From the NCBI GenBank assembly GCA_903904885.1, contig CAIVED010000021.1, positions 17,456 through 81,455 on the forward strand: DNA of 64,000 bases, read 5' to 3'. Every line of letters starts with the position of its first letter. Position 1 is the stretch's first letter. The translations under genes were made by a program, and so were the position numbers. Origin of the DNA: an uncultured archaeon (GTDB lineage Archaea > Nanobdellota > Nanobdellia > Woesearchaeales > CAIVOO01). The notes beneath the pieces are model-generated. The model was not told the origin of the DNA, did not search any database, and worked only from the letters and a program-made list of their open reading frames with translations. Positions 17,869 to 27,508 of the stretch are shown one piece after another.

Positions 17869-19452
17869 TTGTTGAAGAACAATACAATTGCGCTGCTGGT
17901 GGGAATTCTTATTATAATCTCTTTGGCCAGTTTTTTAATTGTACCAAGGAGCATTGTTTATTTGACCGGCAGGGCAAGCAGCGGAAGCTCGAGTACTGCG
18001 TTTAATCTTACCGGCGAGGTTTCTGTTCTTGTTACGAATGCGGTGGATTTCGGGGAAGGCAGGGTTGATGCCAATGCCAGTTACGCAATACTTGACAGTT
18101 CTTTGGGAACTGGCGGCTCTTCAATCTTCGGCTGGTTCAATGTTACAGGGATTACCGGTGATAAGCCGCTTCTGGGCATCGACCAAGTTGCGGCCTACGA
18201 TTCAGCAAGGGATGTTTCTATTTTTTACGGCGGCTATGTGGGCGAAGGGTATAGTTTAAATGAAACCTGGCAGTTTAACTATTCCAGTAAGCATTGGACG
18301 AATTTGACAGACCTGTCAAGTGTTCCGCAACAGACAGAAACTTCAATGGTTTATGATTCTTCAATAGGCGCGATAATACTTTTCGGCGGATTCCCGGGAA
18401 ATGTAGGCGATTGCGGAAGTGGTTGCGGTTCAAATGAGACCTGGAAATTCAATTCAAGCCAAAAATGGGAAAAATTGAATCCTTCAGGTGAAAGTCCTCT
18501 ACCAATGCAATATCCTTCAATGGTTTTTGACAGCAAAAGAAATGTTACTGTTCTTTTTGGAGGGAGTATTATTCCTGGTGGCGCCTATTCAAATGAAACC
18601 TGGGAGTATGATGCGAGTTCAAATACCTGGACAAATAAGACCGGTCCTACAGCTCCTCCAACAAGGCTCATGTACTCCATGGCGTTTGATAGCGCAAGGA
18701 ATGTTACTGTTATTTTCGGAGGTAACACAGGAGCAGCAATTATTAACGATCTTTGGGAGTATAATGGCACTGACTGGGTTAATATAAGCACGGTGCATTC
18801 TCCATTACCACGATTCAATGCAGGAATGACCTATGATTCTGTAAGGAAAAGGGTTGTTCTTGCAGGAGGACAGGATGAAAATGCATCGACTTTAACTGAT
18901 ACCTGGGAGTATGATGGGTCTGATTGGACAGATACGGGCTATACTTCGTATGGTCCGATTGATACTAATACTTATTCTCGTGTTATTTTCGATACCCAAA
19001 TTGGCAGAACATTGCTTTTCTATGCTGAGGCCATTAGCGGTTTTGAGGAGGTCCAGGAGTATGGCAACATAACCGCTGGCGGAGGAGGAGGTGGCGGCTG
19101 TACCAACGGCACCTGGTCTTTTTCGCCGAGTTTTATCTACGTTGAGAATGACGGCACTGTTGACATAAATGTTAATTATACTGCGAATAAGAATGCAGGG
19201 CAGTTTATTGGGGGCACCTCTCCAAGTTTCAAAATTAAAGGGGTTGTGGATGAATCTGGTGCTTGCGCTGATTTGAATACCACGTATGCTGATGTTCCCA
19301 ATTCTACTGAGACACCTCTTACTTTATGCCCGCTTTTGAAGTACCAGAATGATGCGGACAGAATCAAGGTTCCTGCAAGGCTGGTTGTTCCCAGTGATGT
19401 TGCCTCTGGAATGCATAACTCAACCATAACCCTGACCGCAACCCAGGTTTGA
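17869..19452 (+). CDS. Tandem paralog of the 16284-17813 gene (Kelch-like surface protein; TTG start)
   Basis: The first ~220 nt and last ~390 nt are about 90-95% identical at nucleotide level to the upstream gene, while the central propeller is divergent. The RBS/TTG arrangement is the same. Confidence 0.7.
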   Translation: MLKNNTIALLVGILIIISLASFLIVPRSIVYLTGRASSGSSSTAFNLTGEVSVLVTNAVDFGEGRVDANASYAILDSSLGTGGSSIFGWFNVTGITGDKPLLGIDQVAAYDSARDVSIFYGGYVGEGYSLNETWQFNYSSKHWTNLTDLSSVPQQTETSMVYDSSIGAIILFGGFPGNVGDCGSGCGSNETWKFNSSQKWEKLNPSGESPLPMQYPSMVFDSKRNVTVLFGGSIIPGGAYSNETWEYDASSNTWTNKTGPTAPPTRLMYSMAFDSARNVTVIFGGNTGAAIINDLWEYNGTDWVNISTVHSPLPRFNAGMTYDSVRKRVVLAGGQDENASTLTDTWEYDGSDWTDTGYTSYGPIDTNTYSRVIFDTQIGRTLLFYAEAISGFEEVQEYGNITAGGGGGGGCTNGTWSFSPSFIYVENDGTVDINVNYTANKNAGQFIGGTSPSFKIKGVVDESGACADLNTTYADVPNSTETPLTLCPLLKYQNDADRIKVPARLVVPSDVASGMHNSTITLTATQV

Positions 19453-19564
19453 TGCTGAACAGAAACTTTCCGGGCTTTACCGGCTGGCATTTTAAAGGCA
19501 TATACGCCACTATTTTCTATAAACCCAAGCTTTATATACAACCTTTTATCTAGTTTTTCTACGT

Positions 19565-21184
19565 ATGGCAGAAAACATACGTAACAATTCTAAGACCAAA
19601 TGGATAGTTGTTACAGGCGGAGTTGTCTCCGGGCTAGGCAAGGGTGTTGCAGCTGCTTCAATAGCAAGGCTGCTGAAAAATGATAGTGCAAAGATTGTTC
19701 CTGTAAAATGCGACGGCTACCTTAATGTTGACCCGGGCACAATGAATCCCATCGAGCACGGCGAGGTTTTTGTTCTTGAGGACGGAGGCGAGGTTGACAT
19801 GGACTTTGGCCATTACGAGAGATTTATCGGCGTAAGCTGCAAGTTCAAGTGGAACCTCACCTCAGGAAAAATATTCCATTCTATAATTGAAAAGGAACGG
19901 CGCGGTGATTATCTCGGGAAAACAATCCAGATATTCCCCCACGTAAGCGATGAAATCCTGAGGAAACTGCTTGAGATTGCAGCCGAAGAAAATCCAGGAA
20001 TAATGCTTGTTGAGATAGGCGGGACAATAGGGGATGTTGAAAACTCCTGGTTTCTGACAGCGGTCAAGCAGCTCAGGAAGGATGTCGGCTCTGAAAATAT
20101 AATCTACGTTCATTTAACCTACATACCTTACCTTGACTCTGTCGGCGAGCTGAAAACAAAGCCAGCCCAGAGGGACATAGAGCTTTTGAGAAAGCTCGGA
20201 ATAAATCCGGACATAATTCTTACAAGAAGCAGGGAGCCATTGTCAAAAAAGCTCAAGGAAAAGCTTGCGGTGATGGCGGATTTGGAGCCGAATCAGGTGA
20301 TAAACGCCAGCGATGTGGAAAATATCTATGAAATTCCGCTGATGTTCCGTGAAGAGGGGATTCTTGATGTTTTCAGCAAAAGATTCGGCTCAAGGGAAAA
20401 TGATTTGTCAGAATGGGAGCAGCTTGTTGAAAAAATAAACAAGCCGAAAACTGAAATTAATGTGGCAATTTGCGGGAAATACACAGCTCTTCATGATTCC
20501 TATGCAAGCATAATAGAATCTCTGATACATTCAGGGGCCCATCTTGACGCAAAAGTCAATCTCAAATGGATTGAAACAACTGACCTGGAGGAGAGAAAGA
20601 AAACCTGCGCAGAAGTCCTGAAAGATTGCAAAGGTGTTATTATCCCGGGCGGATTCGGCGGCAGGGGCGCAGAGGGAAAGATTGATATAATCCGATATGC
20701 AAGGGAGCATAACATCCCTTTCCTCGGACTGTGCTATGGGCTTCAGCTTGCGGTTATAGAGTTTGCAAGAAATGCTTGCAGTCTTGACAAGGCAAATACA
20801 ACAGAGATAGATGAAAAAACTAACTATCCTGTAATTGACATACTGCCTGAGCAGAAGAGTGTGTGCGCAAAGGGCGCAACAATGCGTTTGGGGGGCTATT
20901 CCTCGGTAATAGAAAAGGGAACAAAAGTTTTTGAACTGTACAATTCGGAAATAGTTTCCGAAAGGCACAGGCACCGCTACGAGGTAAATCCGGAATATCA
21001 CAATATTCTTGAGAGAAACGGGCTTGTTTTTTCAGGCACATCATGCAACAAGCGGCTGGTTGAATTCATCGAGCTTCCAAAGCACAAATTCTTCATCGCA
21101 ACCCAGAGTCATCCTGAGCTGAAGTCAAATCTTCTGAAGCCGGCTCCGCTGTTTTTGGGGTTTGTAAAAGCGTGTTTGGAATAG
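19565..21184 (+). CDS. pyrG: CTP synthase
   Basis: The N-terminal synthetase domain has VVTGGVVSGLGKG. The C-terminal class I glutamine amidotransferase has GLCYGLQ...HRHRYE. 539 aa. Confidence 0.9.
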   Translation: MAENIRNNSKTKWIVVTGGVVSGLGKGVAAASIARLLKNDSAKIVPVKCDGYLNVDPGTMNPIEHGEVFVLEDGGEVDMDFGHYERFIGVSCKFKWNLTSGKIFHSIIEKERRGDYLGKTIQIFPHVSDEILRKLLEIAAEENPGIMLVEIGGTIGDVENSWFLTAVKQLRKDVGSENIIYVHLTYIPYLDSVGELKTKPAQRDIELLRKLGINPDIILTRSREPLSKKLKEKLAVMADLEPNQVINASDVENIYEIPLMFREEGILDVFSKRFGSRENDLSEWEQLVEKINKPKTEINVAICGKYTALHDSYASIIESLIHSGAHLDAKVNLKWIETTDLEERKKTCAEVLKDCKGVIIPGGFGGRGAEGKIDIIRYAREHNIPFLGLCYGLQLAVIEFARNACSLDKANTTEIDEKTNYPVIDILPEQKSVCAKGATMRLGGYSSVIEKGTKVFELYNSEIVSERHRHRYEVNPEYHNILERNGLVFSGTSCNKRLVEFIELPKHKFFIATQSHPELKSNLLKPAPLFLGFVKACLE

Positions 21185-21214
21185 TTTTATAAACAATAAA
21201 AACATAATATTGAC

Positions 21215-22039
21215 ATGCCTAAATCAGACTACGGCTGGCTAATGGAGCAATCACGAGATAAGCAGACAAAAATGTTTATCCGGGAGATTGAGCACGACAG
21301 GATTCTCGCGGAGAAGGAAAAAAAGATAATAAAAGGGGACTATTTCATAAAACTTAACCTTGGTGATTATGGGCTTTTGGTACGGAAATGTTCCGCCTAT
21401 GTTTCTGCAGACATATATACTGAAATTTTCAAGGATAATGGGCATGCAAAAATTCCGGGATTCTCAGGCAAAGGCAATAATGTCATATTAGACATAGGAG
21501 CAAATGAAGGTTTTTATCTGCTGAAGATGAAGCAGGACAACCCAGAGGCAAAAATCATTGCGGTTGAGCCCAATCCGGCATCATTTGAAGTTTTACAGAA
21601 AAATATTGAATATAACGGAATCAAAAATGCAGTTTTGGAAAACAGGGCAATAACCCGCCGAAAAGGAATTTTCAGTTTTCAGGTGGTTAAGGAGGTCGGC
21701 GCAATCTGCGCTTTGAATATTGACATTGAGCATAGGCCCTGGCTTAAAAAAAGCAGAATCAGAAAAATAAGGGTAAGCGGGATAACTCTTGAAGACCTCT
21801 GCAGAAGCCAGAAGCTTGATAGCATAGACCTTATGAAGATAGACGCAGAGGGAGCAGAGATGGACATACTGACTGGCGGTGCGAGCGTACTGCCCTATAT
21901 TAACCGGATAGTTGTGGAATACCATTCCCCTCAGCTAAGAGAGCAAGTCAAGAAATTCCTGATGGCAAAGAAGTTCAGGCTTTTACTGGAAGAAAAAGGC
22001 AAAGGGCCATACGGCGAACTTTATTTTATCCATAAATAA
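21215..22039 (+). CDS. FkbM-family SAM-dependent methyltransferase
   Basis: VILDIGANEGFY...KIIAVEPNPASFEVLQKN, with a C-terminal DAEGAEMDIL block. This is a typical FkbM domain. Confidence 0.65.
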   Translation: MPKSDYGWLMEQSRDKQTKMFIREIEHDRILAEKEKKIIKGDYFIKLNLGDYGLLVRKCSAYVSADIYTEIFKDNGHAKIPGFSGKGNNVILDIGANEGFYLLKMKQDNPEAKIIAVEPNPASFEVLQKNIEYNGIKNAVLENRAITRRKGIFSFQVVKEVGAICALNIDIEHRPWLKKSRIRKIRVSGITLEDLCRSQKLDSIDLMKIDAEGAEMDILTGGASVLPYINRIVVEYHSPQLREQVKKFLMAKKFRLLLEEKGKGPYGELYFIHK

Positions 22040-22104
22040 ACTGCCGGGGGTTTATATTCTCTTTACCAAAACCTTTATAAACAAAAACCTTAATTTTTGC
22101 TGTC

Positions 22105-23007
22105 ATGGGGGCTTTTAAGGACAAATACGTTAAGTTTTATGATAAGCATTACAAGACTCTTTTGATAGGAACAGCTATTTTCTTCTTGATATTTATCGGG
22201 GTGATTATTGCACATGCGGTCAGAACTGGCGAGCCTTTTGAAAGGGGGGTTTCGCTCAAGGGCGGTTCAATAATAACAGTCCTGCTTAACAATGATGTCA
22301 ATGTTGACGATGTCCAGAAGGCCCTGGAAAAGCTGACCACTGAAGAAGTCAGCGTAACCCAGTTTTCATCTGCCACAGGCCAGCATCTCGGTTTCACTGT
22401 TGAGACAACCCTGCAGAATGTAACCTCGCTGAGAAGCTACATAGAATCAAACTACAATGTCAAAACCCTTAATGTTGAAACCGTGGGCCCAAGGCTCGGG
22501 GAGTCTTTTTTCAAGCAGCTTGAAATTTCTGTTTTGATTGCTTTCTTTCTGATGGCCTGCGTTATTTTTGCATACTTCCGGAGCCCTCCGCCGACATTTT
22601 TTATTGTCCTAAGCGCAGTTGTGGACATAGCATTTCCCTGGGCGATGGTTATTCTTATGAATGTGAAAGTATCTGCAGCAGGGGTCGCAGCATTCCTTAT
22701 GCTTATAGGCTATTCAGTTGACACAGACATTCTTCTTACAACAAGGGTTTTGAAGGGAAAAATCGGGACTGTTTCAGAGCGAGTATATGGCGCGATGAAC
22801 ACAGGAATTGTGATGACAATTGCCGCAATGGCTGCCACCGGAATAGCCTACCTGACCACTCCTTCAGAGGTCCTTAAGCAGATAACCATGATACTTTTCA
22901 TAGGCCTGCTTGCGGACATTCCAAGCACATGGTTCCAGAATGCCGGGCTTTTGAAACTGTATGTGGACAAAAAGGAAAAGCAGAGGGAAGAGAAGGAAAA
23001 TGATTGA
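22105..23007 (+). CDS. secF: Protein-export membrane protein SecF
   Basis: 300 aa. An N-terminal TM is followed by a periplasmic domain and a 5-TM bundle. It overlaps secD downstream by 8 nt. Confidence 0.7.
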   Translation: MGAFKDKYVKFYDKHYKTLLIGTAIFFLIFIGVIIAHAVRTGEPFERGVSLKGGSIITVLLNNDVNVDDVQKALEKLTTEEVSVTQFSSATGQHLGFTVETTLQNVTSLRSYIESNYNVKTLNVETVGPRLGESFFKQLEISVLIAFFLMACVIFAYFRSPPPTFFIVLSAVVDIAFPWAMVILMNVKVSAAGVAAFLMLIGYSVDTDILLTTRVLKGKIGTVSERVYGAMNTGIVMTIAAMAATGIAYLTTPSEVLKQITMILFIGLLADIPSTWFQNAGLLKLYVDKKEKQREEKEND

Positions 23008-24715
23008 CCTTAAAGTGCTGAAGAGCGGAAGAGTCATTTTTTTGCTCCTGGTGCTTGCTCTCGCAGTAATCGCGCTTTACCCGAATCCATGGAACAAGGG
23101 TGTTGCCATACGCGGCGTTATCAAGGACAGCCCCGCATACGCCGCGGGAATAGCATCGCCGAAGGCGGCTTCTGCACCCATGACCAGGGAGGTTATAAAA
23201 TCAATAAACAATATTCCCATTAATAATGTTGAGGACTATGCAAATGTGCTCAACACCCTTAAGGTTAATGCAACATCCCAGATTAAGACAAGCAAGGGAG
23301 TTTACAGGATAATTCCCCAGTATAAATTTTCATACGTAACTGTTGAAAATGAAACCACCTATGAAAACAGGACAAACCAGGTTTACAACAAGACATTAAA
23401 CATGTCTGTAAATGTCACAGAGCTTGTGGCTGTTCCGAAAAGGGTCAAGGTCTATGACAATTCAACAGTTGATTTGGGCCTTTCTGTTTTTAATGCCCCT
23501 AAAACAAACATAAGGACAGGGCTGGATTTGCAGGGCGGCACAAGGGTATTGCTTGAGCCTGCTGCGCAGATAACCGATGATCAGTTTGACAACCTCCTTG
23601 CAAGCCTTGAGGAGAGGATAAATGTTTACGGAATAGGTGACGTTGTAATAAGGCCTGCAACAGACCTCACCGGCAAAAAATACATAAGGATTGAAATTGC
23701 AGGGGTAACAGAAGAAGAGGTAAGGAACTTCATAACAAGCCAGGGCAAGTTCGAGGCAAAGATTGGCAATAATACGGTGTTCATAGGAGGCAACGACATA
23801 ACCTATGTCTGCAAGACCTCCCAGTGCTCGGGGCTTTCATACCAGCAGCCCTGTGGAAAAACTTCTGATAACCAGTGGGCATGCAGGTTCATGTTTTCAA
23901 TAACTGTAAGGCCGGATGCTGCCCAGAGGCAGGCGGATGCCACAAAGAATCTTGAGGTTGTGGACAACAATGGCGAGAAATACCTAAGCCAGAAGATTGA
24001 TTTTTACCTTGATGATGTTCTTGTTGACTCGCTTAATATCGGCGCAGACCTTAAGGGAAGGTCCGCAACTGACATTGAGATTTCAGGCTCAGGAACAGGG
24101 CTGACCCAGGCAGAGGCTGTAAACGATGCCCTAGCCAGCATGAAAAAAATGCAGACAATCCTGATAACAGGTTCGCTTCCTGTGAGGCTTAACATTGTCC
24201 AGATAGACACAATCAGCCCAACCCTTGGGAGGGAATTCACCCAAAGCACAATATTCCTTGCAATCCTTGCGTCGCTCGCGGTCATACTAGTTATTTTCAT
24301 AAAATACCGGGAAATCAGGATAGTGTTCCCGATAGCGGTGACCCTTATTTCCGAGATTGTCATCATTGTAGGGGTTGCGGCGCTTATCGGCTGGAACATT
24401 GATTTGGCTGCAATTGCAGGAATAATCGTTGCGGTGGGAACAGGAGTGGACGATCAGATTGTTATCACTGACGAGACTTTGCGAGGGGAAGTCTCCGTGC
24501 TGAGCTGGAAAGAGCGGTTCAAGAAGGCATTCTTCATAATAATCGCTGCCTATTTCACAACTGTTGTTTCAATGCTTCCGCTTCTGGCAGCCGGCGCAGG
24601 CCTGCTGAAGGGATTTGCAATAACATCAATCCTCGGAGTTTCAATCGGTGTTTTCATAACAAGGCCGGCCTATGCGGCTATTGTTGAGAGAATCCTGAAG
24701 GAGAAGAGGCAGTAG
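23000..24715 (+). CDS. secD: Protein-export membrane protein SecD
   Basis: Large periplasmic domain with DLQGGTRVLLE, which is the SecD GG motif. The C-terminal 6-TM region has IAVGTGVDDQIVITDE. The start is set at MIDLKV. Confidence 0.75.
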   Translation: MIDLKVLKSGRVIFLLLVLALAVIALYPNPWNKGVAIRGVIKDSPAYAAGIASPKAASAPMTREVIKSINNIPINNVEDYANVLNTLKVNATSQIKTSKGVYRIIPQYKFSYVTVENETTYENRTNQVYNKTLNMSVNVTELVAVPKRVKVYDNSTVDLGLSVFNAPKTNIRTGLDLQGGTRVLLEPAAQITDDQFDNLLASLEERINVYGIGDVVIRPATDLTGKKYIRIEIAGVTEEEVRNFITSQGKFEAKIGNNTVFIGGNDITYVCKTSQCSGLSYQQPCGKTSDNQWACRFMFSITVRPDAAQRQADATKNLEVVDNNGEKYLSQKIDFYLDDVLVDSLNIGADLKGRSATDIEISGSGTGLTQAEAVNDALASMKKMQTILITGSLPVRLNIVQIDTISPTLGREFTQSTIFLAILASLAVILVIFIKYREIRIVFPIAVTLISEIVIIVGVAALIGWNIDLAAIAGIIVAVGTGVDDQIVITDETLRGEVSVLSWKERFKKAFFIIIAAYFTTVVSMLPLLAAGAGLLKGFAITSILGVSIGVFITRPAYAAIVERILKEKRQ

Positions 24716-24747
24716 ATTCTTTTTATTTTGGTTCCAAACAATTTACA

Positions 24748-24995
24748 TCAACAAAAAATCCGTTTATTTTAGTTCTTGCATTACTGTTCATGTCGTTTTT
24801 CACTCTTCTGCCTTATTGCCATGCGCAAGAAAAGGCATAGCCTTTTCTGCGCGCAGAAAATTGAGCACAATTTTCTTGCGCAAGAATGAATTATTACCTG
24901 CTGAAAGCAGGTTAAACGCAGGCCTGGCAATCATGGCGGACAGTAAAAGCAGGAAGGAAAAATAAGGCCTGCCCAGAAAACGGGTTATTTTTTGA
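24748..24995. repeat. Intergenic repeat family copy B (with ~80-bp internal insertion containing perfect 18-bp palindrome ttttctgcgcgcagaaaa at 24844-24861)
   Basis: Shares tccgtttattttagttcttgcattact, ttgccatgcgcaagaa, ggcctggcaatcatggcgg and cagaaaacgggttatttttt with copies A and C. The mini-ORF is MSFFTLLPYCHAQEKA. Confidence 0.6.
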
Positions 24996-25052
24996 AAGTT
25001 TGCCAAAAAGCCAACCGAATGCTTTAAATACCTTTCCTCTTAAATTAGCCCC

Positions 25053-25670
25053 ATGAACAGGACAATTAAACTGCTTATAGCATCGGACATTTTTGTGCTG
25101 ACAGGATTCGGGCTTATAGCGCCGATTCTTGCGATTTTCATAAAGGACAACCTTGCCGGCGGCTCTATTTTCGCGGCAGGAATCGCCAGCATGATATTCC
25201 TTGTTGTAAAATCCCTTGTCCAGCTGCCGTTTTCAATGTATGTTGACAACCACCGGGATAAGGTAAGGTGGCTTGTAGTCGGCACATTTTTGATAGCAGT
25301 AACGCCGGTCTTCTACATGTTCGCGAACAATGTCAATTTCATCTACATTGCCCAGGTCATATACGGCCTTGGCGCTGGCCTTGCCTATCCAACATGGCTT
25401 GGGCTTTTCAGCACGCACCTTGACAAGAATCATGAGAGCTTTGAATGGAGCCTTTATTCAACAATGGTTGGGGTAGGAGTTGCCATAACAGCTGCAGTCG
25501 GCGCGGCAATCGCGAATTATGTGGGCTTCAATTTCACATTTTTGCTTGTCTGGTTCATGGCCCTGATAGGCTGCTTCATACTTGTGGGCCTTGAAAGGAG
25601 CAATGAAAAGCTAAAGAAGGTTAGGATTCTGCACTATCACCAAAGGAGGAAGATGACCCATAGAGAATGA
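25053..25670 (+). CDS. Polytopic membrane protein (~6 TM), function unknown
   Basis: Hydrophobic throughout. The gctttaaatacc TATA lies ~25 nt upstream. Confidence 0.5.
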   Translation: MNRTIKLLIASDIFVLTGFGLIAPILAIFIKDNLAGGSIFAAGIASMIFLVVKSLVQLPFSMYVDNHRDKVRWLVVGTFLIAVTPVFYMFANNVNFIYIAQVIYGLGAGLAYPTWLGLFSTHLDKNHESFEWSLYSTMVGVGVAITAAVGAAIANYVGFNFTFLLVWFMALIGCFILVGLERSNEKLKKVRILHYHQRRKMTHRE

Positions 25671-26650
25671 AAATAATATACTCGAACTGCCTGGGAAGCT
25701 TTGTTTTTGAGAATGGGATAATTGATTCTGTTTTGTTTGACAAAAAAAATGCTGTTGAAAACTGCCTGAAGCTTTGGAAGGGAGAGATTCTTGAGGAAGA
25801 GAAAAGGCTGCTTAAAAAATATCCCGATGCAGTTTTCCTGAATAAAAAAACAGAAACAGTAAAACAGCTTGAAGATGCAGGGAAAATGGGGGAGATTCTG
25901 GGCCATTTCACTGCAAAGAGCCAGGAATTTTTTGAGCCTGAACTGGGGCTCATAAAAAAAAGGCTCAGGGAGAGCGTTCATTTTGACATCCTTTTGGTTA
26001 ATGCTTCAAATTCAATTGATGAGATAAACAAATGCGAAAATATGCTTTCAAGGAGGCTGAGAGAATGGTTTGGGCTCAGCTGCCCAGAGATGTCAAGGAA
26101 AACAGAGGATAATCTTATTTTTGCAAAAAATGTGGCTGAAAAATCAAGAAAGGACTTCCTGAAGGAATTAAAGCTGTCCGAAGATAACACAATGGGCGCG
26201 GATTTGAAGGACGTTGATGTTTTGCCAATCAAGAATCTCGCAGAGGAAATATTAAGCATGGAAAAACTGAAGGAAAAGCAGGAGAAATACATCGAGGCAG
26301 TTATGAAAGAGAGATGCCCGAATATCTTTGCGGTTGCCGGAGCGAATTTGGGGGCCAGGCTGATTGCGCTTGCTGGCTCTTTTGAAAGGCTTGCAACACT
26401 GCCCGCGTCCACAATACAGATTCTGGGCGCTGAAAAGGCGCTGTTCAGGCACATCAAGACAGGGGCAAAGAGCCCTAAGCACGGAGTTATATTGCAGCAT
26501 CCGCTTGTCCTGGATGCAAAGGCAAAGGGCAAGGCAGCAAGGCAGGTGGCTGACAAGATAAGCATAGCTGCAAGGATTGATTTTTTCAAGGGCGAATTCA
26601 GGGGCGATATTTTGATTAAAGAGCTTCGTGAAAAGCTTGGAGGGCAGTGA
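25667..26650 (+). CDS. nop5: C/D box sRNP protein Nop5 (Nop56/58 homolog)
   Basis: The N-terminus is MKIIYSNCLGSFVFE, a NOP5NT-type start. The NOP domain has AVAGANLGARLIALAGSFERLATLPASTIQILGAEKALFRH. It lies immediately upstream of fibrillarin. Confidence 0.85.
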   Translation: MKIIYSNCLGSFVFENGIIDSVLFDKKNAVENCLKLWKGEILEEEKRLLKKYPDAVFLNKKTETVKQLEDAGKMGEILGHFTAKSQEFFEPELGLIKKRLRESVHFDILLVNASNSIDEINKCENMLSRRLREWFGLSCPEMSRKTEDNLIFAKNVAEKSRKDFLKELKLSEDNTMGADLKDVDVLPIKNLAEEILSMEKLKEKQEKYIEAVMKERCPNIFAVAGANLGARLIALAGSFERLATLPASTIQILGAEKALFRHIKTGAKSPKHGVILQHPLVLDAKAKGKAARQVADKISIAARIDFFKGEFRGDILIKELREKLGGQ

Positions 26651-26651
26651 A

Positions 26652-26849
26652 ATGGCAGTTAAACTCTATTTAGAAAAGGAAAGAATGCGAATGACAACCG
26701 GCTGGATTCAGCTGGTTCTGGGCATTGTTTGCCTTGTTGTCAGCATAGGGCTTTTCGCGACAATGGACAAATACGGAATTCCGATTTTTGCGCTGGTTGC
26801 GTCGATTTTCATGATAATAACCGGGAGGCTGAATTTAACAGAGCAATGA
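26652..26849 (+). CDS. Small membrane protein (65 aa) inserted between nop5 and flpA
   Basis: Single TM (WIQLVLGIVCLVVSIGLF). It starts 2 nt after the nop5 stop and overlaps the fibrillarin start by 7 nt. Confidence 0.4.
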   Translation: MAVKLYLEKERMRMTTGWIQLVLGIVCLVVSIGLFATMDKYGIPIFALVASIFMIITGRLNLTEQ

Positions 26850-27508
26850 GAGAGCATCAGCTTAAAGGGATATTTGTAGATGACAAAAGGAGATTTTACA
26901 CGAAGAATCTCGTTCCGGGCAAGGTTGTTTATGGGGAATTCCTGCTCAGGACAAAAGAAGGGGAATTCCGCCAGTGGGACACAAGGAGAAGCAAATTAGG
27001 GGCAGCTCTTGCAAAGGGAATCTCGCAGATTGGCCTGAAGGAGAGTTTCAAGGTGCTTTATCTCGGTGCAGCCACCGGCACAACGGTTTCCCATGTGTCA
27101 GATATTGTCGGCAAAACAGGATTTGTTTTTGCAGTTGATTCTGCTCCCCGGGTCCTGAGGGAGCTTGTCTTTGTTGCAGAGGACAGGAAAAACATCGCGC
27201 CTATTCTTGCGAATGCAAACCAGCCGATGGAATATGTTCATCTTGTCCCTGAAGTTGATTTTATTTTCCAGGATGTTTCCCAGAGAAATCAGGTGGAGAT
27301 ATTTTTGAAGAATATTGAGCTGTATCTGAAAAAGGAGGGATTTGCAGCGCTTGCGATAAAGGCCAGGTCGATAGATGTTACAAAAAGGCCTTCGGTTATA
27401 TTTGAAGAGTCAAAACAGATGCTGGAAAAAAGCGTAACAATCGTTGACTACAGGACTTTGGACCCTCTTGAGAAGGACCATGCTTTTTTTGTTGTGAAAA
27501 AGAAATGA
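26843..27508 (+). CDS. flpA: Fibrillarin-like rRNA/tRNA 2'-O-methyltransferase
   Basis: MREHQLKGIFVDDKRRFYTKNLVPGKVVYGE...VLYLGAATGTTVSHVSDIV is the archaeal fibrillarin signature. The start is adjusted to the internal Met of the tracked ORF. Confidence 0.85.
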   Translation, partial: AMREHQLKGIFVDDKRRFYTKNLVPGKVVYGEFLLRTKEGEFRQWDTRRSKLGAALAKGISQIGLKESFKVLYLGAATGTTVSHVSDIVGKTGFVFAVDSAPRVLRELVFVAEDRKNIAPILANANQPMEYVHLVPEVDFIFQDVSQRNQVEIFLKNIELYLKKEGFAALAIKARSIDVTKRPSVIFEESKQMLEKSVTIVDYRTLDPLEKDHAFFVVKKK

